Assembly (NCBI RefSeq): GCF_044704955.1
Contig: NC_091980.1
Coordinates: 11,160,001 to 11,224,000 of the forward strand
Length of the DNA: 64,000 bases
DNA from: Pristiophorus japonicus
Lineage: Eukaryota
Reading direction: 5' to 3'
In this document: positions 14,169 through 26,856 of the stretch, piece after piece
Layout of the letters: each line of letters starts with the position of its first letter
How positions within the stretch are numbered: the stretch's first letter is position 1
Notes under the pieces: generated by a model
What the model was told of the DNA's origin: nothing
What the model saw: the letters and a program-made list of their open reading frames with translations, nothing else
Database searches by the model: none
Translations under genes and position numbers: made by a program

Positions 14169-15060
14169 ATTGCACAAGGATGCATCAACCTTCTTCAGCT
14201 AGAGCATGTTATGATACAATGAATATAAGACCTTCTATGGTTACACCCTCGGGGCAGGGAGTAGGCAGAGGTGGAGGAGAATTGAATACTCTTTGAAGGA
14301 GCCCACACAACACAAAGTGAGCACAGGTTGATACCTCACATGAAATCGTTTGGATATACTAGAACCTACATTCACGCTATAGTGACGAGACGTGTAATTA
14401 TATTGCAGGCTGAGTTTCTTGAAGAGACAGATTAGTACATATATCCTCATAGTCAGAAGGATGTTTAGCCGCTTACTGTCAGGATACATTTACATCGGTA
14501 CCATACCTAAATGAATGCACCAATTAAGACCATTTATTTCCTGTAACTACTGAGCAGCAACAGTCTGCAATTGTTAACATGCTACAGCTGGACTTATCCA
14601 ATTCCGAGCCCTGATGTGTGGTCGTCTCGTGCCGAGTCCGATTGTTGCATGATCAAACTTCCTGTGCAAGTTACAATAAATAACTTCAGCATACCTGGAA
14701 TATTTGAATCAATCATAAATTGGATGTAAGGGAAATAGAAGAATAAAATAAGAATTTTCAATTTGGGACTTAGATAAGAAATATAGTGCAACTGAAACGC
14801 CATGTTTTTATCGTTAGCTAAGCGTGCCACTGTATATAGAGGTTTTCCTTCAATTAATTCAATCAGGCTCTCATGCCTGTCATTTTGTTACCTATTCAAA
14901 CTGAAGATGTCAAGATTTTAATGTCAAGAGGCACCTGAATCAATAGAATGTTCACCACGGTGAAAGATCCTGCAATGATGTTACTTCATTGAACGAACGC
15001 TAGGGCTGAAATTGTGTGACGTGATAGTAGTAGACGGCGCATCACCAGTTACGCAGCGTA

Positions 15061-16393
15061 GTTGGAAAGCAGTGACAGGATCGGTCCAAGTCAGCATGGA
15101 TTTATGAAAGGTTAATCATGCTTGACAAATCTTCTAGAATTTTTGAGGATGTAACTAGTAGAGTGGACAACGGACAACCGGTGGATGTGGTGTATTTGGA
15201 CTTTCAAAAGGCTTTTGACAAGGTCCCACAAAAGTGATTAGTGTGCAAAATTAAAGCACACGCTATTGGGGGTAATGTATTGACGTGGATAGACAACTGG
15301 TTGGCAGACAGGAAGCAAAAAGTAAGAATCAATGGCTCCCATTCAGAATGGCAGGCAGTGACCAGTGGAGTACCGCAAGGTTCAGTGCAGGGACCCCAGC
15401 TATTTACAATATACGTTAATGATTTAGACAAAGGAATTGAATGTAATATCTCCAAGTTTGCAGATGACGCTAAGCTGGGTGGCAAAATGAGCTGTGAGGA
15501 GGATGCTCAGAGGCTGCATGTGACTTGGACAGATTAGGTGAGTAGGCAAATGCATGGCAGATGGAGTATAATGTAGATAAAAGTGAGATTATCAACTTTG
15601 GTGGAAAACACAGGAAGGCAGAATATTATCTGAATGGTGACAGATTAGGAAAAAGGGAGGTGCAACAAGACCTGGGTGTCATGGTACATCAGTCACTGAA
15701 GGTTGGCATGCAGGTACAGCAGGTGGTGAAGAAGGCAAATGGCATGTTGGCCTTCATAGCGAGAGGACTTGAGTATAGAAGCAGGAAGGTCTTACTGCAA
15801 TTGTACAGGGCCTTGGCGAGGCCACACCTTGAATATTGTGTACAGTTTAGATCTCCTAATCTGAGGAAGGATATTATGGCTATTGAGGGAGTGCAGCGAA
15901 GGTTCACCAGACTGATTCCTGGGATGGCAGGACTGACATATGAAGAAAGACTGGATCGACTAGGCTTATATTCATTGGAATTTGAAGAATGAGAGGGGAT
16001 TTCATAGAAACATGTAACATTCTGACAGGATTGGACAGGTTGGATGCAGGAAGAATGTTCCCGATGTTGGGGAAGTCCAGAACCAGGCGTCACAGTCTAA
16101 GGATAAGCGGCAAGCCATTTAGGACCGAGATGAGGAGAAACTTCTTTACTCAGAGAATTGTGAACCTGTGAAATTCTCTACCACAGAATGTTGTTGAGGC
16201 CAGTTTGTTAGATATATTCAAAAGGGAGTTAGATGTGGCCCGTACAGCTAAAGGCTCAAGGGGTATGGAGAGCAAGCATGAATGGGTACTAAATTTGCAC
16301 AATCAGCCATGATCATATTGAATGGTGGTGCAGGCTCGAAGGGCAGAATGGCCTACTCCTGCACCTATTTTCTATGTTTCTATGTTTCTATGA
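15061..16393 (+). mobile_element. 5'-truncated CR1, sister subfamily (copy H)
   Basis: RT fragments 15241-16171; (TTCTATGT)n tail at 16370-16392. Confidence 0.92.
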
Positions 16394-16597
16394 GAGAGGG
16401 AGCAAAATCAGGGTAACTGTACGAAATGTATTTTTCTAACTATGCACGCTCTGTTTCATCAAGCTAATCCTACGGAGGTTGTAGTTTCTTGATGTCCTGT
16501 CTGTTGTCCCTCTCTTAATCGTGATGTTATCAAATAATGCAGCACGTCAAGGACTATCTTGAACACAAGAAATAACGGAAACTGCTTGGTACCATAG

Positions 16598-16945
16598 TGT
16601 CAGCCATGGCTTAGTGGTAATACGCTAGCCTCTGAGCTCGAAGGTTGTAGGTTCATACATTAAAACAGTAACAGACTGCAAAGGTTCTTAATTGAGTTCT
16701 GAAGTGACATCTTGAAGTCGCAAAACAAATGTGTTATAAGTGCAAGTTATTTTAGTAATGTTTGGGTTGACATCATAAAAAGATTATCTGGTCATTTCTG
16801 TCATTGCTGTTCGTGGAATCTTGCTGTTCACAAATTGGCTATTGCGTAGCCCTGCATTACAACATTGATTACACTTCAGTGTAAGTCGTTGGTTGTAAAT
16901 CAATGTGGAATGTCCTGAGGCCGGGAAAGGTGCAAGTCTTTTCCT
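16598..16945 (+). mobile_element. DeuSINE-type SINE fragments (tRNA-like head plus 3' parts)
   Basis: TGGCTTAGTGG A-box and GGTTCA B-box-like at 16607-16655; AGATTATCTGGTCATT and the following tail are shared with 17615-17790. Confidence 0.6.
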
Positions 16946-17351
16946 TTCCATTATGATATATTGCCTGCATATCGAATGCCATCAGCTTAGAAATTATTGC
17001 TGGTGATATGCGCAAATCAAGCCTTACCGTGTTTGTCTGGCATTCCATTATCTGCTACTTTGATAGATAAACCAAATAATTAAACTTAAATGGACGGTGC
17101 CGCCATTAAAATGGTGAACCGAGGAATATTACATGAATGCACTAAATGTACATCGGCCGATTTCCAGCCTATCATTTTCAATGGCTATGAGAAAAAAAAC
17201 AACTTTCATTTACATAGCACCTTATCACATTGCTGAGAAACATTTCAAACCCATACGATTACTTACTTTGAACTACAGCCACTGTAGAGGGGTAGGCAAA
17301 AGAAACAGTCGAAAGTCCCATAAGCAGCAGCGAGTTGAATGCTCCTGCTGT

Positions 17352-17790
17352 GGCAGCTGTGGCTCAGTGGGTAGCTCTCGTGTCTCTGAGTCAGTAGGTG
17401 CTGGGCACGTAGTCCCCCTCCAGAGATATGAACAAAGAAATCTAGGCTGACACACAGGGAGCGCTGCACTGTCGGAGGTGCTGTGTTTTGGATGAGATGT
17501 TAAACCGAGGCCCTGTTTGCTATCTCTCGGATGGAAGTAAAAGATCTCACGTTCCTAGTTTGAAGAAGAGCAGGGTAATTATCCCCGTTGTTCTGGCCAA
17601 ACAACATCACAAACAGATTATCTGGTCATTATCACATTGTTAAATGTGGGAGCTTACTGTACGCAAATTGCCTCCCGTGTGTCCTTCCTTACAACAGTGA
17701 CTACACTTCAAAAGTGTTTCATTGCATGTAAAGCGCTTTGGGACATCAGGTGGTCATGAAAGGCGCTGTGGAAATGCAATCTTTCATTTT
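17352..17790 (+). mobile_element. tRNA-derived DeuSINE (SacSINE1/AmnSINE-related Deu domain)
   Basis: TGGCTCAGTGG A-box head; Deu-like core GCTGCACTGTCGGAGGTGC..GGATGAGATGTTAAACCGAGGCCC..GTAAAAGATC..GAAGAAGAGCAGGG, recognised from the family consensus by memory. Confidence 0.8.
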
Positions 17791-17904
17791 TAATCTATTT
17801 ATGCTGGTCTTGGCCCTGAGGAGAATACTGACCAGGGTCAACTCGTGTTTCCAGCTTTCTTTTGAAAATAAACTATGCCATATCAGCTTTAACTGTTCAG
17901 ACTC

Positions 17905-18184
17905 TTCGCAAACTTGGTGTCATATTTGACCCTGCAATTAGCTTCTGGCCATATCCACATCATAACTAAATCTGTCTATTTCCACCTCTGTAACATTGCC
18001 CTTCTCAGCCCTTGCCTCAGGTCATCTGCTGCTGAAACCCTCATCCATGCCTGTGTTATCTCTAGATTTGACTATTCCAATGCACTCCTGGCAGGTCTCA
18101 CAAATTCTACCCTGTGTAAACTTGAGATCATATAAAATTCGGCAGCCCATGTCCTAACTCCACCAGGTCCTGCTCAACCATCAC
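17905..18184 (+). mobile_element. L2 LINE 3' ORF fragment (left half; split by CR1 family 2)
   Basis: AAETLIHACVISRFDYSNALLAGL (L2 SRLDYCN motif); continues at 22765. Confidence 0.8.
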
Positions 18185-21100
18185 AGTTCACTCATCATGA
18201 GAAGTCGAGAGTTCGGGAGTTCCGGGAGAGTCGGAGAGCAGGAAAGTCCGAGTTCGGGAGTGTCCGAGTTCCAGGGGAGTCCGAGTTTAGGAGGTCGGTG
18301 AGTTTGGTAGGCGGCAGAGGTCAGTGATTCGGGAGGTCGCAGAGGTCGGTGAGTAGATAAGTGAGTTGGTAGGCCCTGAGCTCGGCGCGTAGGTAGGCCC
18401 TGTGAGGTCGGCGAGTCGGTAGACCCTGTGAGGTAAGCGAGTTGGGAGTTCAGAGGCCAGGAGTTTGGAGGCCTTGGAGTTTGGTGAGGTGAGTTGGTAA
18501 GTAGCTCTCTTTTCTCTATTTCTGTTTAATTAGGTCTGGAGTTCGGAGGCTGATAGGTCGGGAGGCCACAGAGGTTGGTGAGTTCGGGAGGCCACAGAGG
18601 TTGGTGAGGTGAGTTGGTGAGTAGCTCTCTTTTCTCTATTTCTTTTTAAATATATTTTAAACTAGATAAGGCTAACTAGAGGGATGGCAGAGCAGCTCAG
18701 TCCCATGGAGTGCACATCCTGCAGCATGTGGGAAGTCCTGGATGCTTTGCGCAGCCTACACAACCATGTGTGCTGGAGGTGTTTCCAGTTTCAAATGCTT
18801 GAGCTCCACATTTTGGAGCTGGAGCAGGGGGTCGACTCAATGCGATGCATCCATGAGGCTGAGAGCTACGTGCATAGCACGTTTCAGAAGGTGGTCAACC
18901 CACAGCTTAAAGGCGTGCAGGTAGAGCACCAGACATAGTAAGTATGCTAGGCAGATAGCTCAGGAGTACCCCCATGAATCCATCTCGCTTTCAAACTGAT
19001 ATTCACTTCTCAGCATCGGCAAGGACGATGGTGCCTCTGGGGGGTGCAGCCAGAGCCAATTCCAAGCCACCACGGGTGGCTCAGCTGCACAGGGGGGAGG
19101 GACGAAGAATAAAAGAGCCTAGTGATAGGGGATTCTATAGTTAGGGGAACAGACAGATGTTTCTGTGGCCGTAGACGGGACTCCCGAATGGATTTCTGCC
19201 TCCCTGATGCCAGGGTCAAGGATGTCACAGAGCAGACTCAGGGCATCCTGGTGGGAGGGGGGGGGGAGGCTAAACAGCTGGAGCTCATGGTCCATATCAG
19301 GACCAACGACATAGGTAAAATGAGGGATCAGGTCCTAAAGGAAGAATTCAGGGAGCTAAGAAGAAAATTAAAGCGTAGGACCTCAAAGGTAGTACTCTCC
19401 GGGTTACTACCAGTGCCACGTGCTAATAAATATAAGAATAGAAGGATAGATAGGATGAGCACGTGGCTGGAAATTTGGTGTAGGAGGGAGGGCTTTAAAT
19501 TCTTGAGGCATTGGGACCGCTTCTGGGGAAGATGTGACCTGTACACTCCGGATGAGTTGCACGTCAACAGGATCAGGACCAATATCCTCGTGGGGAGTTT
19601 GGCTAGTGCTGTTGGGGAGAGTTTAAACTAGCTTGACAAGCAGATGGGAACCTGAGAACAAAATTCAAAAGGGAAGGAAGTAAGCAGAAATAATACAGCA
19701 AGAATCTAGAAAGCGAATCTGTAAGACAGAGGAAACAGGGTTAGTATGTAGTAAGCAAGGAGGTCTTCCTGTGCTGATTGGTATATACATTAATGCAAGG
19801 AGTATAGCGAATAAGGCGGATGAACTAAGAGCACAGGTAAACACTTGGGAATATGACATTATAGCCTTTACAGAAAAATGGCTGAGAGAGGGGCAGGTTT
19901 GGCAAATCAATATTCCTGGCTACAAGATTTTTAGACAAGATAGACAGGGGGGTAAAAAGGGGGTGGGGGTTTTGTAGTACTGATTAAAGAAACTATTACA
20001 GCGGTGAGGAGGGATGATATGTTAGAGGGATCATCAAATGAGGCCATATGGGTCGAATTGAAAAATAAAAAAGGGGTGATCACACTGCTGGTCATGTATT
20101 ATAGACCCCCAAACAGTGGGAGGGAAATAGATGAGCAAATATGTAAGCAAATTGCTGTGAAGTCAAAAAACCATAGGGTATTAATATTAGGGGATCTTAA
20201 GTATCCATATATTGACTGGGACAAATTTAGTGTGAAGGATATTAAGGGTGCGGAATTCTTGAAATGCATTCAAGAGAACTTTTTTAGTCAGTATGTAGCA
20301 AGCCCAACACAAGAGGGGGCGGTCTTGATTTAGTTTTGGGGAATAAAGCTGAGCAGGTTGAAGGGATATTAGTAGGGGGGGGGCACTTGGGTGCCAGTGA
20401 CCATAATTAAGTTAGATTCAATTTGGTTATGGATAAGGACAAGAATACGCTTGGAATAAAAGTTCCGAAATGGGAAAAAGCTAATTTTGCTAAGTTAAGG
20501 AGTGATTTGGCCAATATGGACTGGAAACAGCTACTTGTGGGTAAATCAGTGTTGGAACAGTGGTAGCCAATCAAGGAGGAGATCTGGAAGGCTCAGGCCA
20601 AACATGTGCCCTTAAAGAAAATGGCTGGGAAAAATAATTCTAGAGCCCTCTGGATGTCTAGGGACTTAAAGGGGAGGATTAAGAAAAAAAGAGACGCTTA
20701 TACTAATGGCTAAATACTTTAGAATCTTTAGAGGAAAAGAGAAAGTTAAGAGGGAAAAGTGAAAAGGATATTAGGAATGCTAAGAGGGAGCACCAGAAAT
20801 TCTTGGTCAGTAAAATTAAGGAAAACCCTAAGATGTTTTATAAATATGTTAAGATTAAGAGGACAACTAAAGGAAGGTTCGGGCCTATTAGAGACCTTGA
20901 GGGTAATCATTGTGTGGAGTCGGAAGATGTTAATAGGGTTCTTAATGAATACTTTGCATCTTTTTTCCACAAAGGAAAGGGGTAATGCAGATACTGCTAT
21001 CGAGTAGGAGTATGATATTCTGGATGAAATAAATATAGCGAGAGAGGAAGTTTTAAGGGGTTTAGCTTTGAAGGTAGATAAGTCCTCAGGCCTGGATGAA

Positions 21101-22764
21101 ATGCATCCCAGGCTGTTGAGTGAAGTAAAGGAGGAAATAGCAGAAGCCTTGACAATCATTTTCCAGTCCTCTTTGGATCTGGGGATGGTGCAGGAGAATT
21201 GGTCGTGTAGTACACGTGTTTAAGAAGGGAAAAAGGGAAAAGCTGAATAATTACAGGCCTGTCAGCCTAACCTCACTGCTGGAAAAATTATTGGAAAAAA
21301 GGTTAATGCCCATGGGAGACAGGGCAAAATGTCAAGTTGGATCCAAAATTGTCTTGGAGGTAGGAAGCAAAGGGTAATGATTGATGGATATTTTTGTGAC
21401 TGGAAGGATGTTTACAGTGGGATTACGCAGGGCTCAGTACTGGGTCCCTTCCTTTTTATGGTATATATCAACAATTTAGATTTGAATCTAGGGAGTATGA
21501 TTAAGAAGTTTGCAGACAACACTAAAATTGGCTGTGTGGTTGATAATGAAGACGAAAGTCATGGGTTGCAGGAGGATATCAATCTACTGGTCAGGTGGGT
21601 AGAGCAGTGGGAAATGGAATTTAATTCGGAGAAGTGTGAGGTGATGCACTTTGGGAGGGCTAATACGGAAAGGTTATACATATTAAGCGGTAGGCCACTT
21701 AATAGTGTAGATGAATAAAGGGATCTTGGAGTGCTTGTTCACAGATCCCTGAAAGTAGCAGGCCAGGTGGATATGGTGCTTAAGAAGGCATACGGAATGC
21801 TTGCCTTCATTGGCCGAGGCATAGAATATAAGAACAGGGAGGTTATACTTAAATTGTATAATACTTTGGTTAGGCCACAGCTGGAGTACTGCATGCAGTT
21901 CTGGTCACCATATTATAGGAAGGATGTGATTGCACTAGAGAGGGTGTGGAGATTTATTAGGATGCTGCCTGGAATGGAGAATCTTAGTTATGAGGACAGA
22001 GTGGATATGCTGGGTTTGTTCTCATTGGAACAGAGAAGGTTGAGAGGAAACCTCATCAAGATGTACAAAATATTGAGGGACCTGGACATAGTGAATAGTA
22101 AGTGTCTATTTCCTTTGTTGGAGGGGTCTATTACAAGGCGGCATAGTTTTAAAGTGGTTGGTGGAACATTTAGAGGGGATTGATGGGGCGCTACTTTATG
22201 CAAATGCTTATGGGGATCTGGAACTCGCTGCCTGGAGGAGTGGTGGATGCAGAAACCCTCACCACTTTTAAGAGATGTTTGGATGGGCACTTAAAATGCA
22301 GTAACCTGCAGGCTTATGGGCCTAGAGCTGGTAATTGCGATTAGACTGGATGACCTTTTGTTGGATGGCGCAGATATAATGGCAAGTACTGCAGGGAATA
22401 GAATACGTCCAGGGTGATCTCCTGGACTAGTGTCGATCGCCTGGATGGGTTGGAGAGGAAATTTCCCAGATATTTTCTCCGTAAATTGGCCTGAGTTTTT
22501 ATCTGGTTTTTGCCTCTCCCAGCAGATCACATGGCTCCGGTTGGGGTGGAGTGTAGATGTTTTCAGTGTAAGGGGTGAAGCAGTTGTGTGAGGTGGATTG
22601 GTTGGGCTGGGTGCTCTTTGCCTTTCCGTCATTGTTCATAGAGTTATAGGTAAACTTGAGGGCTGCTGACCATGGGTGGTGCAGCTCTTTGTTGGCCGGC
22701 TCGGACAGGATGGGTTGAATTGGTCTCCTTCTGCACTGTAAATTTCTATGTTTCTATGTTTCTG
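18185..22764 (+). mobile_element. Near-full-length degraded CR1, family 2, with long 3'UTR
   Basis: G-rich repetitive 5'UTR; ORF1 remnants 18684-19631 (CTSC, IGDS, RTND); ORF2 remnants 19771-22183 with part of RT deleted at about 21300; TTCTATGT tail; TCAC at 18181-18184 and 22765-22768 is a possible TSD. Confidence 0.92.
18200..18645 (+). repeat. Degenerate G-rich tandem repeats in the CR1 family-2 5'UTR
   Basis: GAGTTCGGGAG and GAGGTCGGTGAG units; about 42-bp duplication GGTGAGGTGAGTTGGTRAGTAGCTCTCTTTTCTCTATTTCT at about 18483 and 18603. Confidence 0.75.
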
Positions 22765-23207
22765 TCACCCCTGTGCTCGCTGACCTAATTTGGCTCCTGG
22801 TTAATCAACACCTCGATTTCAAAATTCTTATCCTTGTATACAAATCCATCCATAGCTTCACTCCCTCCCTATTTCTGTAATCTCCTTGCAGCTCACAATC
22901 CCCAAGATATCTGCACTCCTCAAATTATGCTGTCTTAAGTATCCCTGATTATAACTGCTCATCGGTGGCCGTGCCTTCAGCTGCCTAGGCACTAAGCTCT
23001 GGAATTCCCTCCCTAAACGATTCCGTCTCTCTACCTCTCTTTCCTCCTTCAAGACGCTCCTCTTTGACAAATCCATTGGTCATCTGCCATAATTTATCAG
23101 GCTCGGTGTCAAAAAGTGTTTTGCCTCATAACACTCCTATGAAGCGCCTTGGGACGTTTTATTACGTTCAAGGGTCCATATAAATAAAATTATTGTAGTT
23201 GTTATTA
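22765..23207 (+). mobile_element. L2 LINE 3' end (right half)
   Basis: Homologous to 7515-7790 (reverse complement) and 48790-49253. Confidence 0.8.
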
Positions 23208-23250
23208 AGGACGGCCTTAACAGGCAGCTAAGGCGTCAGTTTCACAATTA

Positions 23251-23268
23251 CCCCAACAGATGGCGCAC
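23251..23268 (+). promoter_or_regulatory. Candidate forward CTCF site
   Basis: CCCCAACAGATGGCGCAC versus CTCF core CCASYAGRKGGCRS (one mismatch). Confidence 0.5.
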
Positions 23269-23761
23269 TTGATTATGGATCGCTCCCACATTACTGCACA
23301 GAAGCGTTCGCCGAAATTTTTACTCAAAATCTGGAGGCTGGTAGGAAACAACAAACTTCTGAATCAGAGGTCAAAGTGCTACCAGGTGAGTCAAGGCGGC
23401 ACATAATATTGCACGTGTGTCACCTGACACTATGATGTTTATTGCGAGAATACATGACACGAAAATAAGACCGAAAATGTAAAATAACCCCACCCCTTGG
23501 ACAATGATGCTTTCACCCACCAGATAATTTCTCTTTCAACTGAATCTACTGTTTCCACAGAAGAACGTGAACAATATACCAAATGGTAAGTGAAACAAAT
23601 GAAATGAACTGGTAGCTATTAAAAACATTACTGGACAAAATATTTACGAACGGCACAATTGCTGGACTAGTGATTGAATTGAGACGCTCAGATCTGTATT
23701 GTCCCTGATCTAGTTGTCAGCAGTTCCATATTTCTTGCATTTTCCAGTCTTTTACACATAA

Positions 23762-24100
23762 TTTTTTACTCGTTCATCGGATGTGGGCGTCGTGCCAGCT
23801 TTGATTGCCGATCCCTAATTGCCCTTGAGAAGGTGGTGGTGAGCAACCTTCTTGAACCTCTGCAGTCCCTGTGGTGAAGGTAATCCTATAGTACTGTTAC
23901 GTGGGGAGTTCTAAGCTTTTGATCCAACGATAATTAAGGAATGGCGATACATTTCCAAGTCAGCATGGTGTGTGACTTGCAGGGAAACTTGGAAGTGATG
24001 GTTTTCCCATGCGCCTGCTGCCCTTGTCCCCTAGGTCGCGGGTTTGGGATATGCTGATGAAGAAGCCTTGGTGAGTTGCTGCAGTACATCTAATAGATAA
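23762..24100 (-). mobile_element. 3' end of an older non-CR1 LINE family
   Basis: Clearly homologous to 54415-54770 (ATTGCCGATCCCTA..GAGAAGGTGGTGGTGA). Confidence 0.65.
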
Positions 24101-25320
24101 TTTTATGTTCAGTGCATTATCGAAGTAGCTGGCTAGTGCTAAAGCTAGGTGGACCTAAAATTCCTTAAATTAGATGGCATATTCAAATTCTATCCACACT
24201 AATCATCATCCTCAAAATGGGTGCCTCCAACCTCACTTGCGCCCTATTCCATCACTCCAGTCTTTCCTACTCCCAATTAATATCTCCTGTATTCTGGCAA
24301 CGTGTCGTTGTTCATTCTGGGTAAGAAAGATAACTTATTTTACCCTTCTAATCTTCGCCTTTTGTTTCCACATATACTTTCTAAAATTATGGAATTACCA
24401 TTAACCCTCAAATAAATACACCAAATTTGAAAGTTTTGACCTAAGTCATGGTGGGCGCTATAGTTTCCAGTATAGCAGGCCAATGGCGATCTCCTTTCTG
24501 TGTTAAACATCTTGGGAACTCTGCAGTTAAGCACTTTGTTGACTGTTTGCAATCTTGGCCATCTGCATAGTTTTGGTAGTACCACGCCCCATGACTTGAT
24601 TGTCTTCTGCCAATGGTGGCTGCCAGGTTTCCATCGAAGTCAGCTGAAGTTGGCTCACCCTCTGACATATTTTCTCTCAAATCAGATATCTCAAGGCTGC
24701 ATTACTTCTCTTGCCCTATACTACCTGCTCCCTTCGTCATACCAGTTTATCTCTTCTTGTGCCATTGTGCTATGCACCCATGAATTTGCTTTCCATCTAT
24801 GTCTGCAATGCATACAACCTTCATTTGTTTTGTCATCATCATCATACCAGTCCCTCGGAATCGAGGAAGACTTGCTTCCATACTTAAAATGAGTTATTAG
24901 GTGGCTGAACAGTCCAATACGAGAACCACAGTCTCTGTCACAGGTGGGACAGATAGTCGTTGAGGGAAGGGGTGGGTGGGACTGGTTTGCTGCATGCTCT
25001 TTCTGCTGCCTGCGCTTGATTTCTGCATGCTCTTGGTGATGAGACTCGAGGTGCTCAGCGCCATCCCGGATGCACTACTTAGGGTGGTCTTTTGCCAGGG
25101 ACTCCCAGCTGTCAGTGGGGATGTTGCACTTTATCAGGGAAGCTTTGAGTGTGTCATTATAACTTTTCCGCTGCCCACCTTTGGCTCGTTTGCCGTGAAG
25201 TCATTCAAAGTAGAGCGCTTGCTTTGGGAGTCTCATGTCTGGCATGCAAACTATGTGGCCTGCCCAGCGGGGCTGATCAAGTGTGGTCAGTGCTTCAACG
25301 CTGAGGATGTTGGCCTGGTC

Positions 25321-25757
25321 AACACTCTTGTATTCACTGGAGTTCAGAAGAATGAGAGGGGACCTCATAGAAACGTTTAAAATTCTGACGGGTTTAGACA
25401 GGTTAGATGCAGAAAGAATGTTCCCAATGTTGGGGAAGTCCAGAACCAGGGGTCACAGTCTGAGGATAAGGGGTAAGCCATTTAGGACCGAGATGAGGAG
25501 AAACTTCTTCACCCAGAGAGTGGTGAACCTGTGGAATTCTCTACCACAGAAAGTAGTTGAGGCCAATTCACTAAATATATTCAAAAGGGAGTTAGATGAA
25601 GTCCTTACTACTCGGGGGATCAAGGGTTATGGCGAGAAAGCAGGAAGGGGGTACTGAAGTTTCATGTTCAGCCATGAACTCATTGAATGGCGGTGCAGGC
25701 TAGAAGGGCTGAATGGCCTGCTCCTGCACCTATTTTCTATGTTTCTATGTTTCTATG
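25321..25757 (+). mobile_element. CR1 family 1 3' fragment (copy G)
   Basis: ORF2 C-terminus plus tail; TGGTC target-site duplication at 25316-25320 and 25756-25760. Confidence 0.93.
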
Positions 25758-26022
25758 GTCGAGGACGCTAATGTTGGTGCATTTGTCCTCCCAGGGGATT
25801 TGTAGGATCTTCCGGAGACATCGTTGGGGGTGTTTTTCCAGCGACTTGAGGTGTCTACTGTACATGGTCCATATCTTTGAGCCACACAGGAGGGCGGGTA
25901 TTACTGCAGCCCTGTAGACTATGAGCTTGATGGCAGTTTTGAGGGTCTGGTCTTCAAACACTCTTTTCCTCAGGCTGCCGAAGGCTGTACTGGTGCACCA
26001 AAGGTGAGGTTGGATCTCGTCT

Positions 26023-26856
26023 TAGAAACATAGAAACATAGAAACATAGAAAATTGGTGCAGGAGTAGGCCATTCGGCCCTTCTAGCCTGCACCGCCATT
26101 CAATGAGTTCATGGCTGAACATTCAACTTCAGTACCCCATTCCTGCTTTCTCGCCATACCCCTTGATCCCCCTAGTAGTAAGGACCTCATCTAACTCCTT
26201 TTTGAATATATTTAGTGAATTGGCCTCAACAACTTTCTGTGGTAGAGAATTCCACAGGTTCACCACTCTCTGGGTGAAGAAGTTCCTCCGCATATCGGTC
26301 CTAAATGGCTTACCCCTTATCCTTAGACTGTGACCTCTGGTTCTGGACTTCCCCAACATTGGGAACATTCTTCCTGCATCTAACCTGTCTAACCCCGTCA
26401 GAATTTTAAATGTTTCTATGAGGTCCCCTCTCATTCTTCTGAACTCCAGTGAATACAAGCCCAGTTGATCTAGTCTTTCTTGATATGTCAGTCCCGCCAT
26501 GCCGGGAATCAGTCTGGTGAACCTTCGCTGCACTCCCTCAATAGCAAGAATGTCCTTCCTCAGGTTAGGAGACCAAAACTGTACGCAATACTCCAAGTGT
26601 GGCCTCACCAATGCCCTGTACAACTGTAGCAACACCTCCCTGCCCCTGTACTCAAATCCCCTTGCTATGAAGGCCAACATGCCATTTGCTTTCTTAACCG
26701 CCTGCTGCACCTGCATGCCAACCTTCAATGACTGATGTACCATGACACCCAGGTCTCTTTGCACCTGCCCTTTATCTGTCACCATTCAGATAATAGTCTG
26801 TCTCTCTGTTTTTACCACCAATGTGGATAACCTCACATTTATCCACATTATACTTC
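26023..26856 (-). mobile_element. CR1 family 1 3' fragment (copy F)
   Basis: ORF 26129..26785; (AGAAACAT)n tail at 26024-26051. Confidence 0.93.

Noticed and set aside
16598-17420. tRNA-like A/B boxes as tRNA genes
   Set aside because: No cloverleaf; they lead directly into SINE bodies
18200-18645. Repeat-spacer or CRISPR-like array
   Set aside because: Irregular degenerate units in a LINE 5'UTR of a eukaryote; no constant repeat with unique spacers and no cas genes
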